64,000 bases of DNA from an uncultured delta proteobacterium (lineage in GTDB: Bacteria > Desulfobacterota > Binatia > UBA9968). The translations under genes were made by a program, and so were the position numbers. The notes beneath the pieces were generated by a model. That model saw nothing but the letters and a program-made list of their open reading frames with translations, made no database searches and was not told the origin of the DNA. The DNA lies in contig CAWDPO010000013.1 in NCBI GenBank assembly GCA_963804165.1, positions 1-64,000 of the forward strand. The letters run 5' to 3'. Shown here piece by piece: positions 30,170 through 40,287 of the stretch (position 1 is its first letter; each line of letters starts with the position of its first letter).

Positions 30170-31285
30170 CTACTTCAACAGGGTGTGGGCAACCTTGGAA
30201 GCGGGTTCGCGCACCTTGTCGAGTTTTTCTTCCGACTGATTTTCGATTTGTAAATAATCACTGACCGACATCGTGTCTTTAGCCGCGATTGTGCCGGATT
30301 CTCTTAGAAAACGGGTATCGACATCGAGGCGTCGGGTCGCCTGACCGAGCGCTCGGGAAACTATCTCCTGTCCCTCGCGGCCCAACAACCAGTTGACGAA
30401 AACCTTGGTGCTGTTCGGGTGTGCCGGCGCTTTGATGATCCCTAGATTACCGCTGCCGCCGGTGCCGTAATTTCCCTCTTTGAGTGTCGGCAGCGATTTG
30501 ATCGGCAATCCCGCTTTGAGAAAGGGCAGATAAGAATAATAGGAGTTACCGATCATGACGGCAACTCGTCCTCTGGCTAAATTTTCAGCGAGTATTCGTT
30601 GATCGCGGCCGAGATATAGATCCTGCGTCACGAGTCTTTTTAAATACTCTTCGCCTTTGACCTTCCACATGAACGCCCAGGTGGAGTCTCCGGCCCCCGG
30701 CGTGCGCGGGTCGAGGTAGCCGATCTTGCCTTTCCATTTCGGGTTGAGAAAATCGTCGAACGAACGGATCTCGGCCGGCTTGACCAGTTCGGTGTTGTAC
30801 CAAATAACTTCCGAAAGATACGCCTGAAACGTGTACACGAATCGTTTGGCGTTATCGACCCACAGATGACCGCCCCACCACTGCTTCGGATCTTTGACTT
30901 CGGGTAGCGCCAGCCACGGCTCGATCGGATCGAGAATGCCCTCGTCCAGCATGCCGGAGATGATCGAAGAGGAACCGCCGATGTGCAAATCGAAATGGCG
31001 CACGCCGGCTTTGAATTCGTCCGCCATGCGGCGCACTCCGGCGCTGCCGCGCGACGTGAAAGTTTCGACTTCGATGCCATGGCGTTTTTTGAATTGCTCC
31101 TCGATCTGTTTTTTCATCTCGGCGCTGGCCGGGAGCGACACCGAGACCTTGCCCTCTTTCTTCGCGGCATCGACCAACAGATCCCATTCGCCTGGCCCAG
31201 CCGCTTTGCTTTGTTGGCTGTAAACCGCTGGAGCGATCAGCAGGATACCAAACAGTCCGAAGGACAAACAATTTCTCGCGATCAT
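30170..31285 (-). CDS. ABC extracellular solute-binding protein
   Basis: AAKKEGKV, LNPKWKGKI, HPNSTKVFVNWLL.REGQ; paralog of 1501 and 47512. Confidence 0.85.
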   Translation of the reverse strand: MIARNCLSFGLFGILLIAPAVYSQQSKAAGPGEWDLLVDAAKKEGKVSVSLPASAEMKKQIEEQFKKRHGIEVETFTSRGSAGVRRMADEFKAGVRHFDLHIGGSSSIISGMLDEGILDPIEPWLALPEVKDPKQWWGGHLWVDNAKRFVYTFQAYLSEVIWYNTELVKPAEIRSFDDFLNPKWKGKIGYLDPRTPGAGDSTWAFMWKVKGEEYLKRLVTQDLYLGRDQRILAENLARGRVAVMIGNSYYSYLPFLKAGLPIKSLPTLKEGNYGTGGSGNLGIIKAPAHPNSTKVFVNWLLGREGQEIVSRALGQATRRLDVDTRFLRESGTIAAKDTMSVSDYLQIENQSEEKLDKVREPASKVAHTLLK

Positions 31286-31816
31286 GATTTGGACTGACAA
31301 CGTGTCTCCATCGCACCGGCACAAATTTCGCACAACGCCGTCGGCGCTCCGCTTCGTAGCAAATAGTGCTTTAAAGAGAAACATTCTATATGTCAACATG
31401 TTGGGCAGTAATTTTGAAATGAAGGGACCACGAGATCCGTGTCCACCGCCGCGCGATTTTCCGCGCCACTTGATCGAGCTTCGGCTACAAACATATCGTG
31501 GCGACGTCGCTGTCTCATTTGATAAAACTCCCCTTATTGAAGGATGCTCTCTAATTCAAGCCGATTCCAGTCAGAGCCCGCACCCATCCAATAGCCCCAA
31601 CTTCGCGGATGGTTGGGGCTGATTAATTTGCTGTTCGCCCGGGGGGCTGCCGATTACTCTTATGTTGGGTTGCGCGCCAATCAATTTGACGTTGACAGAC
31701 GGGACGAGCCGGCGATATAGGGCGGCTGGCAGCCGAAACGTTCTCAACTTCGCGTCCGATGCGGCGATCGACAATGCTCCCGCGTGCTAATTTCGAACGA
31801 GAAGGGAAATAACGAA

Positions 31817-32872
31817 GTGAAAATAAGAGTCATTATCCTGACTGGTTTCGTTTTCTTGATCTCACCGGCGGAGGCATGGTTGCAATCCCGCAAACCATCG
31901 ACCCTGGCCGAGCTGGTAAATTATCTTGGCGCGGATCGGGAACAGATGCTTTATGCCGGCGCGAAGGCTGAAGGAAAACTGATGTGGTACACTTCGCTAG
32001 CGGGAGGCTCGTACAAGGAGCTCGTCAAACTTTTCGAAACCAAGTATCCCGGGATTCAGGTCGAGCCATTTCGCGCCGGGGGCGCAGACCTGGTGGTGCG
32101 CATGGAGGAAGAATATAAAGCAGGCCGCTTCATCGCCGACGCCATCGAGACCACCGAGGGGAATCTCATGTTCATGAGAGATGCCGGATTGCTACAGCCT
32201 TACAACTCGCCGGTGCTCAAAAACTATCCGGACGAAGCCAAGGAGGACGCGGGGAAAGGCCTCTATTATTGGGCGCTCGCGCGCGAGTCGTATATCGGCT
32301 TCACCTACAACAAGAATCTCGTGTCCAAGGCGGCAGTGCCGAAAAATTTCGAAGGTCTGTTGCACCCGGAGCTCAAGGGCAAAATGGGCATCAGCAATCA
32401 GCTCGACAACCGGCTCCAAGATCATCGGCGCGATGGTCAAAGCCAAGGGTGAAGAGTTCGTCAAGAAGCTGAGAGAGCAGCAAATCAAACTTTACTCCAT
32501 CGATGCGCCGGCGCTGGTCAATGTGATCGCCTCCGGCGAGATCGCCGCCTCGCCGGCAATCTTCGAGAGCCACACCGTGCTGGCGGCTTCGAAGGGCGCG
32601 GCGCTGGAGTGGGTGCCAATGGATTTGGTGCCGAACAACGTCGGCAGCGCGGCGATCGCCTTAAAACCGCCGCATCCCCATGCCGCGGTCTTGATGGCGG
32701 ATCTGCTCTTGGGTCCGGACGGGCAGAAGGTTCTGGAAAAATTCTATTATGGTAGCGCAACAAGAAGCCGGCCGTTCAAGCGCTGGCGCCCGGAGCGCGA
32801 ACGACGACGGAGAAGTATGAGAAGGAAATCGACCACTGGGAAAAACTTTTAAAGCAAGTTGGCCGCAAGTAA
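31817..32872 (+). CDS. ABC solute-binding protein, two apparent frameshifts (~32398, ~32800)
   Basis: GAKAEGKLMWYTS..LLHPELKGKM continues in a second frame (PPHPHAAVL..GQ) and a third frame (EKYEKEIDHWEKLLK..*). Confidence 0.75.
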
Positions 32873-32984
32873 CTATCGAACCGCCGTCGCGATTGAGTTC
32901 AAGGCTTCGACTTCCAGATCGACTTGACGGCAACTCATGACCGCCCTATTTTGGCGTGAACTAATTCTTGCACCGGAGGCTGCG

Positions 32985-33704
32985 ATGGCGGAGAAAAAAC
33001 TCACCGGCAAAATTACGCGGGAACGGATTCGCTTGATGGAGACGCCGCGGCCGGCGGAAGGGATCATCGAAGGCTATCGCGCGCTCGGCGAGGCCAGCGG
33101 CATAATTTCAGACGTGATGGATGAGCTCGGCGTTACCGGCGTTGTCGGCGCAGCCGTGCTGAAGCCGACCATTGCCGGCGCGTGCATCGTCGGGCCGGCG
33201 CTCACCGTGCGCAACATCGTGCAGCGCGAGCATGTTTATGAAGCCGCGCGCCAACACGTAAACAAGATGGCCGAGTTCGAAGCCCACAATTTGGCACGTC
33301 CGGGTGATGTGGTGGTAATCGACGGAGTGGCGGGGATTTCGAACATGGGCGGTATTTCCGCTCAAACCGGCAAGCGCCAGGGCGAAGCGGGCGCAGTGGT
33401 CTTCGGCGGCGTGCGCGATGTCGCCCATTCACGCCGGGTCGGATATCCGGTTTGGGCCACTGAGGTTACGCCCGTCACCGGCAAATGGCGCATCGAGACC
33501 GTCGAGATCAACGGCGAGATCATGGTTGGCGATATTCGCGTCGCTCCCGGTGACATCGTGTTCGCCGACGATACGGGAGTGTGCTTCATTCCACGATCAA
33601 GGGCTGCGGAGGTTCTGGCCATGGCGAAGCGAAAATCCGCTGCCGAAGAAGCCAAATGTAAAGCAATTGACGATGGTGTCGGTGTCGCTGATCTTCCGGC
33701 GTAG
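32985..33704 (+). CDS. RraA / HMG-aldolase family protein
   Basis: ISDVMD, VGPALT, PGDVVVID, GGVRD, PGDIVFADD.GV. Confidence 0.85.
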   Translation: MAEKKLTGKITRERIRLMETPRPAEGIIEGYRALGEASGIISDVMDELGVTGVVGAAVLKPTIAGACIVGPALTVRNIVQREHVYEAARQHVNKMAEFEAHNLARPGDVVVIDGVAGISNMGGISAQTGKRQGEAGAVVFGGVRDVAHSRRVGYPVWATEVTPVTGKWRIETVEINGEIMVGDIRVAPGDIVFADDTGVCFIPRSRAAEVLAMAKRKSAAEEAKCKAIDDGVGVADLPA

Positions 33705-33916
33705 CCGCCATTTTCCAGAAGACTGCATTATCGACTGCTAATAATTCGTTTCTCATTCAATCCTGCGCCAAACTCGCCTGAGCTGTGGGACATTCGCGAT
33801 CTCTGGACATCGCGGCGCCTCTCAAAATCCGAGATTTCTTACGACAGGGCAATCGCTATATGTTTCCCGCTTCCCGCTTCAAGACTGTGTCGCAATTCGG
33901 ACGACCATGCGGATGT

Positions 33917-34020
33917 GATGCTGAGGAACGCGAAGCATCTCGCCTTTTCGGCAGGTTGCGGAAGGCGAGATTCTTCGCCGAAGTTTATCCTGAGCAAGAT
34001 CGAAGGGGCTCAGAATGACA
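33917..34020. repeat. REP-like palindromic element
   Basis: GATGCTGAG..GAAGCATCTCG..CGAGATTCTTC..CTCAGAATGACA; same family as 21053. Confidence 0.65.
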
Positions 34021-34241
34021 TTAAGACACAGTCTCTTCGGGAGAATTCGATCGACATTAAAGCTGGAACAGATCTCTTTGTAACCGGCAAGAATGACTCC
34101 ACGCTTTGACCAGGTTGCCTTAACGCGCATCGGCTCGTATAAGTTTTTCTGTGCGGATGCGACTCGACACCTTAACAAACTTGATCGACGAGCCGGCGTT
34201 AAGGTGAGTTGAAACCAACAAGATATTGGAGATGGTCAAAC

Positions 34242-34982
34242 ATGGATTGGATTACTAGCCCGGAAGCTTGGATCGCGTTCAGCACGCTGCTGGCGCTCGA
34301 AATCGTTCTCGGTATAGACAACGTGGTTTTTATCTCAATTCTGGCGGGTAAACTGCCGGCCAACCAGCAGGCGCAAGCGCGCTATGTTGGACTGGCACTG
34401 GCGATGGTGACGCGCATTATCCTGTTGCTCTCGATTTCATGGATGGTGCGGCTAACCGCGCCCCTATTCACTATTTTTGCCATGGAAATTTCCGGCCGGG
34501 ACCTGATATTGGTCGTCGGCGGGCTGTTTCTGATTGGAAAAAGCACCCACGAAATCCATCAGAAACTCGAAGGTGAGCGAGGACAAGTGAGCACTCGCGT
34601 GGCGCCGACATTTACCGGAGTGATCGTGCAGATCCTGCTCCTCGATGTGGTCTTTTCGCTCGATTCTGTGATCACCGCCGTTGGGATGGTCAATCAGATC
34701 GGTATTATGGTTGCCGCTGTGGTGGTGGCGGTAATCGTGATGATCGGCTTTGCCGGAGCGATCGGCCGCTTCGTCGAGCGCCATCCCACGGTGAAAATGT
34801 TGGCGCTAAGTTTTCTGCTATTGATCGGCATGACGCTGATGGCCGAGGGATTCGATCAACATATTTCGAAGGGCTACATCTATTCGGCGATGGCGTTCTC
34901 TGTGTTTGTTGAGATTCTCAATCTCAGGGCAAAAAAGGCCTCGGAACCGGTTAAGTTGCACGAGTCATACAGCGAAAGTTGA
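34242..34982 (+). CDS. TerC-family integral membrane protein
   Basis: LEIVLGIDN, D.VFSLDSVITAVG, HPTVKMLAL.FL. Confidence 0.92.
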   Translation: MDWITSPEAWIAFSTLLALEIVLGIDNVVFISILAGKLPANQQAQARYVGLALAMVTRIILLLSISWMVRLTAPLFTIFAMEISGRDLILVVGGLFLIGKSTHEIHQKLEGERGQVSTRVAPTFTGVIVQILLLDVVFSLDSVITAVGMVNQIGIMVAAVVVAVIVMIGFAGAIGRFVERHPTVKMLALSFLLLIGMTLMAEGFDQHISKGYIYSAMAFSVFVEILNLRAKKASEPVKLHESYSES

Positions 34983-35045
34983 TCGCAAGAATCGCCCCGA
35001 CGTCGATCAGTTGGCAGCCAGGATGGTTCATTCATTCATGATTCG

Positions 35046-35798
35046 TCACCGGGTGCTGGCATAGAATTCAACGCGCCGCTCGACGAAAGCGACGGCCTCG
35101 GAGACCGCAAACGCGAACATAAAAACGATCACCACGAGAGCCCAGAATTCCTCCATGAGAAAATTTTGCGAATAGAGCTCGAACAACTCTCCCACGCCGA
35201 TAATTGCGATGAGTAGCTGGCCGATAACGACGCCTTTGACGCCGCGGATGACTCCGAGCCGCACGCCGGCGAGAATCTCGGGCAGGGCGCTCAAGAAAAG
35301 AATTTTCGTATAAAGTTGGCGCCGGGTCGCGCCGAAGCAGCGGGCCATCTCCACGAGCGAGCGATCGGCCTGCTCGATTCCCACCCGGGTGTCCAGGATG
35401 ATCACGAAGACGGCGAAGAGAAAAACCGTGGCCACCACCGTGGTCTCCCCGATGCCGAGGACCGACATGAAAATCGGCACCAGCGCGGAGATCGGTGCGC
35501 TGACGAAGATATTGACCCACATGCCGAGAATCTTGCCCACGCTCGTGACTCGCGCCATGAGAACGCCGACTGGAATGCCGATCAGGAGCGCTAGCGCCAT
35601 GCCCAGGGCAAAAGAACGCAGCGAGATCGAGACCGCCATGCTGAATTTGTCCGTCGCTACGATCGTGATACCAGCCGCGATCACGCTGGAAAACGGCGGA
35701 ACGATCGTCGATAGTTGGGCCCGGCCGACGATCTCCCAGACGACGAACCAGACCAGCAGCGAAAAAAGGATCGGAACTCGCTTGCCGAATAAAGTCAT
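35046..35798 (-). CDS. NitT/TauT ABC transporter permease
   Basis: Hydrophobic; EMARCFGA EAA loop, ILAGVRLG. Confidence 0.88.
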   Translation of the reverse strand: MTLFGKRVPILFSLLVWFVVWEIVGRAQLSTIVPPFSSVIAAGITIVATDKFSMAVSISLRSFALGMALALLIGIPVGVLMARVTSVGKILGMWVNIFVSAPISALVPIFMSVLGIGETTVVATVFLFAVFVIILDTRVGIEQADRSLVEMARCFGATRRQLYTKILFLSALPEILAGVRLGVIRGVKGVVIGQLLIAIIGVGELFELYSQNFLMEEFWALVVIVFMFAFAVSEAVAFVERRVEFYASTR

Positions 35799-35829
35799 AT
35801 CAGGTCACCGGCCCGTAACGCATCACCGA

Positions 35830-35945
35830 AGCGGCGGTCGAATTGCCAGCCAGACGAGGCCCGAAGGAGGAGCCCTCCGGAAACGTACGCGGTTCGGTAC
35901 GTTGAGGACGGGCGACGACCGAGAACGAAGTATGGCGCAGCAAGT
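35830..35945. repeat. Intergenic palindromic element inside the ABC operon
   Basis: CGTAC..GTACGTTGAGGA..GACGACCGAGAACGAAG structure between ATPase and permease. Confidence 0.4.
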
Positions 35946-35954
35946 CGGACCCCG

Positions 35955-36719
35955 CTAAATGTAGTGTTTCAGGATCTGCCATATCTCGTCCACCGCGTCG
36001 AGATAATTCTTGTCGCGCCGAATCTCGTCCGGACTCCTGCCCTGGCGGTCAATGTTGGGCTGGATGATTTTTGATACGGTTCCCGGACGCGCCGACAGGA
36101 GCACGATCTGGTCCGAGAGATAGGCCGCCTCCTCGATACTATGGGTGACGAAGATCACGGTCTTTTTCTTGTTCTTGAGCAGATCCAAGAGTTCTTCCTG
36201 GAACTTCCGCCGCGTCTGTTCATCGACGGAAGAAAACGGCTCGTCCATGAGGATGATTTCCGCATCGACGGCGAAGGCGCGGGCGAGCCCGACCCGCTGG
36301 CGCATCCCGCCCGAGAGCTGGTGCGGATAGCTGGATTCGAAAGCTTTGAGCCCGACCTCCGCGATGTGTTTGCGGGCGATTTGATCGCGCTCTTCTTTGG
36401 GCATGCCGCGTAGTTCCAAACCAAAACCGACGTTGCGCAAAACGTTGCCCCATGGCAGCAGCGCGAAATCTTGAAACACAAACGCCCGCTCGGGCCCCGG
36501 CCCGTCGACCTTTTTGCCTTTCACCCAGATCTCGCCGCGGTTGGGCGGAATCAGCCCGGCGATGATTTTTAGAAGGGTCGTTTTGCCGCAACCGCTGGGG
36601 CCCAGCAGCGTGCTGAGCCCGCCGTTAGGAAGCGCTACGTTGACGTCCGCCAGGGCCTCGACGCCGCCGTCGTAGGTCTTGCCGACATTTTTCACGTCCA
36701 CGATGGCCTCAGCTGACAT
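35955..36719 (-). CDS. NitT/TauT ABC transporter ATP-binding protein
   Basis: GPSGCGKTT Walker A, LSGGMRQR signature, ILMDEPF Walker B. Confidence 0.95.
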   Translation of the reverse strand: MSAEAIVDVKNVGKTYDGGVEALADVNVALPNGGLSTLLGPSGCGKTTLLKIIAGLIPPNRGEIWVKGKKVDGPGPERAFVFQDFALLPWGNVLRNVGFGLELRGMPKEERDQIARKHIAEVGLKAFESSYPHQLSGGMRQRVGLARAFAVDAEIILMDEPFSSVDEQTRRKFQEELLDLLKNKKKTVIFVTHSIEEAAYLSDQIVLLSARPGTVSKIIQPNIDRQGRSPDEIRRDKNYLDAVDEIWQILKHYI

Positions 36720-37488
36720 CCTCAAAACCTCTCATTTCAGGCGGGAAGAGCTTGCGCTCCAGCCGCTCGAGCGCTTGGATCGTCAAGGCCGCGAAAAGCA
36801 CAATGGAGGCGATCGCGGCGAACATCTTTGGATAGTCCGCCACCGAGCTGTTGTAGGTAATAAGATCGCCGATGCCCGTCGGCGTGATCAGCAGCTCGGC
36901 GATCACGATGCCGATGAATCCCATCGCCAGTCCAAGCCGCAGGCCGGCGAAGATCAAAGCGGCGGCGTGGGGTAGGATAATCTTGATCACTTCCTGTCGC
37001 CTCGTTCCCAAAAACGAACGGCACATCTGGATCAGCGACGGATTGGTATTGCGGATGCCCTTGTAAGAATTCATCACGATAACGGGCGCAGCCAAAACGA
37101 CGACGGCCAAAACTTTGGCGGTGACGCCGATGCCGTACATGTAAGTGATCAGCGGAATGATCGCCGCCATCGGCGCTGCTTGCAACACAATGAAGATGGG
37201 CAGACTCAACCACTCGATGGCGCGGGAAAGTCCCATGCCGATGCCGAAACCGATGCCGACGACACTGCAGAGAACGATGCCGATGACCAGCGGTTGAAGC
37301 GTAGACTGATAAGCTTTAAGGAGACTACCGTCGGCGATCATACCGAGCAGCGCCGCCAGGGTCTTACTGAACGGTGGAAAGGCATAGCTGATCGGCCAGC
37401 GCCCGGCCAGCTCCCACAAACCGAAAAAGAGGGCGAAGGAAAGCAATTGCCAGTAGAAGGGCTTCGCGATCCAGCTTTTTGGCTCCAC
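36709..37488 (-). CDS. NitT/TauT ABC transporter permease
   Basis: Hydrophobic; QMCRSFLG, IFAGLRLG..IAEL. Confidence 0.88.
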   Translation of the reverse strand: MEPKSWIAKPFYWQLLSFALFFGLWELAGRWPISYAFPPFSKTLAALLGMIADGSLLKAYQSTLQPLVIGIVLCSVVGIGFGIGMGLSRAIEWLSLPIFIVLQAAPMAAIIPLITYMYGIGVTAKVLAVVVLAAPVIVMNSYKGIRNTNPSLIQMCRSFLGTRRQEVIKIILPHAAALIFAGLRLGLAMGFIGIVIAELLITPTGIGDLITYNSSVADYPKMFAAIASIVLFAALTIQALERLERKLFPPEMRGFEDVS

Positions 37489-37612
37489 GGAGTCAGTTAC
37501 CGCCAGCGATTGTAAGAACGCTCACTTGCTTCGCCGCGCGCGAGCGCATCGTTCAAACGCGCTAGAGACCGGGTACTTGGACTATCAATCTCTGCGCTGG
37601 CGACGCCCGCTT

Positions 37613-38599
37613 TCACTTCACCTTAGGAAGCGCGGCCTTGAGCGGATCGAAGTGCCAGAACTCGTCCGCCTTCAAGTTTTCGCCCGTCAGCGCGCCGGAG
37701 AGAGCGTAGAATTCCAAATCATTCTTGGCCGCGCTCTGGCCGCCGCCGTCATTTGGAAAGACGCCGTTTTGTACAGCCTCCTCGAAGAAAGGCAGAATCT
37801 CTTCCTCCATCTTTGCGGGCAGCTCCTTTAAGAGCGCGAGTTTCTTGCGCTCTTCGATCACCCACTTGGGATTCGCATTGATCTGCCGGTTGACCTTAAT
37901 CAGCTCTTCGACAAAAGTTGCAATGCCGGCCTGATTTTTGTCGAGAAACTCTCGAGTGGCGAAAAGCGCCTCGTCGCTGGCTTTCAAATTGCCGAGCGGC
38001 AAGATGATGAACTTGTCGGGCGCTTCCTTCATCACTCTGTTTTTGTTGGGCGCATCCAAGATCGTCGCCTTGATGTTCCCTTTCAAAAGAGCCAGAGCGC
38101 GCACTTGCGATCCAGGCACGTAGCTCACGCTCTTATACTTGATGCCGTGCTGCTTCGCCGCCAGGAGCATGATCGCCTCGGTCCCGGAACCTCGCCCCTG
38201 CAAAGCGATCTCCTGGCCGTCCAGATCTTTCCAGCTCTTGTAGCTGTCTTTGGCGACCACCGGAAAAAACTGCAACGTGCTCAACTGGTAAAAGAAGCGG
38301 ATCGGCACAGTCGCTTTCTGAACGGCCGCGTACGGCGTCCCTTGCCCGACGTCCGCCTGACCGTTGATCACGGCCTGGGTGGCGACTTCCTCGCTTTTAA
38401 ACGCGGTGATCTCGACATCAACGCCGCGCGCCTTGGCGCGCTCGACAGCGATCAAGAGCGGCAATTCGTCGATGGACACGACATCGCCCAGGGCGTACCT
38501 GATTTTGGTTCTGCCCTGCGCCGCCGCCTCGCCGGCCAAGGTGCCAACAAAAACGAAAAGAAACAGAAAACCGACAATCGATTTTGCCGAGTGGGTCAT
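37613..38599 (-). CDS. NitT/TauT ABC transporter substrate-binding protein
   Basis: AGGAGG RBS, signal peptide, WKDLDG..GSGT; heads the permease-ATPase-permease operon. Confidence 0.85.
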   Translation of the reverse strand: MTHSAKSIVGFLFLFVFVGTLAGEAAAQGRTKIRYALGDVVSIDELPLLIAVERAKARGVDVEITAFKSEEVATQAVINGQADVGQGTPYAAVQKATVPIRFFYQLSTLQFFPVVAKDSYKSWKDLDGQEIALQGRGSGTEAIMLLAAKQHGIKYKSVSYVPGSQVRALALLKGNIKATILDAPNKNRVMKEAPDKFIILPLGNLKASDEALFATREFLDKNQAGIATFVEELIKVNRQINANPKWVIEERKKLALLKELPAKMEEEILPFFEEAVQNGVFPNDGGGQSAAKNDLEFYALSGALTGENLKADEFWHFDPLKAALPKVK

Positions 38600-38935
38600 T
38601 TTAGCCACCTCCTGCTTTCGTGATCGGACTGGGGCGTGAGTATCGCAAACGCTGGGGAGGTGTCAAGTTACTTTTTTCAGCAGAATTCTAGCCACGTCGA
38701 ACCTTGTGAGTGAGCACCCATTGTCGGGATCACAGAATCGGACAAATTACCGGGACAAATTGTGAGTGGGCAGGTTGCGAGAGTTATGCTTTGCGGTGCG
38801 ACGATGCGCTCACTCGGTTCACCGGACGTCAGGTCAGGGCCGAGGCAAAGCGCCTACGAGGGTTGCTCAAGCTGCCGCATTTATGTTTTGGCTTGCGATC
38901 CCGAAGATTTTACGCGAAAGTGGTTTCTTTGAAAC

Positions 38936-39367
38936 ATGTCCAGCGTAAACAGAAAAACGGAATTGTGGAAGAGCCGGGGCGCGGTCGACCGAATCGCGGT
39001 GGACGAATGGGGTTACCCATCCGGAATGGTCTGGTGCCCCATGAAGATGAGCGGTATGGCTGTCATGAAGTGCGCCGAGATGCAAAAACAGCTCGGCTGC
39101 GGAAGCCTCAAGCAGTTCAGGTTCATAACGACGACGAAGCCCGGAAATGTGCCGTTTCACTGGCCGTGGCTGCGGCGTGGCCGCGACTGCCCGGAGCGCG
39201 CGCCCGAAAAAGCGGTGCGCGAGCTGCGCTTGGCTCTGAGCTCGCTTAAATCAGTTGAGAAGAGCAGGAAAAATCCCCGCGCCTACCGTTGCCCGGCGTG
39301 CGGCGACCGCAAAGCTTTCGGCGCCCGCCGGTGTCGCCGCTGCTGGCGTCTCGCCGTAGCAATATAG
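38936..39367 (+). CDS. Hypothetical basic Cys-rich protein with C-terminal zinc ribbon
   Basis: 8 Cys including CPAC-X10-CRRC; GC-rich third codon positions. Confidence 0.55.
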   Translation: MSSVNRKTELWKSRGAVDRIAVDEWGYPSGMVWCPMKMSGMAVMKCAEMQKQLGCGSLKQFRFITTTKPGNVPFHWPWLRRGRDCPERAPEKAVRELRLALSSLKSVEKSRKNPRAYRCPACGDRKAFGARRCRRCWRLAVAI

Positions 39368-39566
39368 CGAAAGAACGAAGACTTTCGGTGGTCAAATCGT
39401 TCAAGTGGTTCGACCAGAGCTCACCATGAGCGGGATTGCAATCGCTTCGCTCCGTTCGAATCGTTTCGGATCTTGACGATTGACCGATCGACAAGGTTCA
39501 ATGGCACGGCTTGCGGTAAGCAAATGCACGCGAAGAGCCAAACAGTGCAAGTTATAAGAGATGACT

Positions 39567-39600
39567 AAAAAACGGGAGGCGATTTGCCTCCCGTTTTTCT
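39567..39600 (-). terminator. Rho-independent terminator (bidirectional-looking) downstream of Hsp20
   Basis: AAAAACGGGAGGC-GATTT-GCCTCCCGTTTTT. Confidence 0.85.
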
Positions 39601-39613
39601 TTTAGAAACCTAA

Positions 39614-40054
39614 TTAATGCACGCTTATTTGGATTTGCCGCGGTTTGGTCTCTTCCATCTTCGGCACGCGGATCTCGAGGATGCCCTCTTTGAAAGTGGC
39701 TTCGATGCCATCCTGCTTCGTGGTCTCGGGCAGGGAGAATGAGCGCCAGAACTTTGCGGCGACCCGTTCTACGTGACGGTATTCAACCCCCTCAGCTGGC
39801 TTCTCGGATTTCCTTTCCCCGCTGAGAACCAGGGTCCCGTCCTTAACTTCCACTTTGATGTCTTCCTTTTTCATGCCTGGAAGCTCGGCTCGAATTAAGT
39901 ACGCATCCTTGCTTTCCAAAACATCCACCGCAGGATACCACTTCGATATACTCGGCTGTGTCGATGAGCGATCGAAGTTCGCATCGAATAGATCATTAAA
40001 CACAGACCGAAGATTGCCAAAACCTGCAAACGGTTCAAATCTTACCAGTTCCAT
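39614..40054 (-). CDS. Hsp20/alpha-crystallin small heat shock protein
   Basis: PAVDV.E, AELPG..KEDIKV, F.RSFSLP, ATFKEGILEI; AAGGAGG RBS. Confidence 0.95.
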   Translation of the reverse strand: MELVRFEPFAGFGNLRSVFNDLFDANFDRSSTQPSISKWYPAVDVLESKDAYLIRAELPGMKKEDIKVEVKDGTLVLSGERKSEKPAEGVEYRHVERVAAKFWRSFSLPETTKQDGIEATFKEGILEIRVPKMEETKPRQIQISVH

Positions 40055-40287
40055 ATTAGTTACCCTCCTTATGTTGAAAAAATTAAGCACGGCTCCCTGG
40101 GCCGTCAAGCGGCTTGACAAACGTCCAGTCAGTGCTTAGGAAAACCGATTCCCTTCGAACATGAACCACGAGGCGGCATCGACAGCGATCGAGGTTCGTT
40201 AATTTGCGATCGCTGATTATGATGCAGCAGTTTCGGTGGTATGATTTCATATGGACTTTTGGTCTTTAACAGGAGGCGCGAACGGGC

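Noticed and set aside
34020-34241. yybP-ykoY (Mn) riboswitch upstream of terC
   Set aside because: Could not identify the conserved motifs or helices
40080-40140. CIRCE element upstream of hsp20
   Set aside because: TAAGCAC..GTGCTTA arms are about 40 nt apart, not TTAGCACTC-N9-GAGTGCTAA
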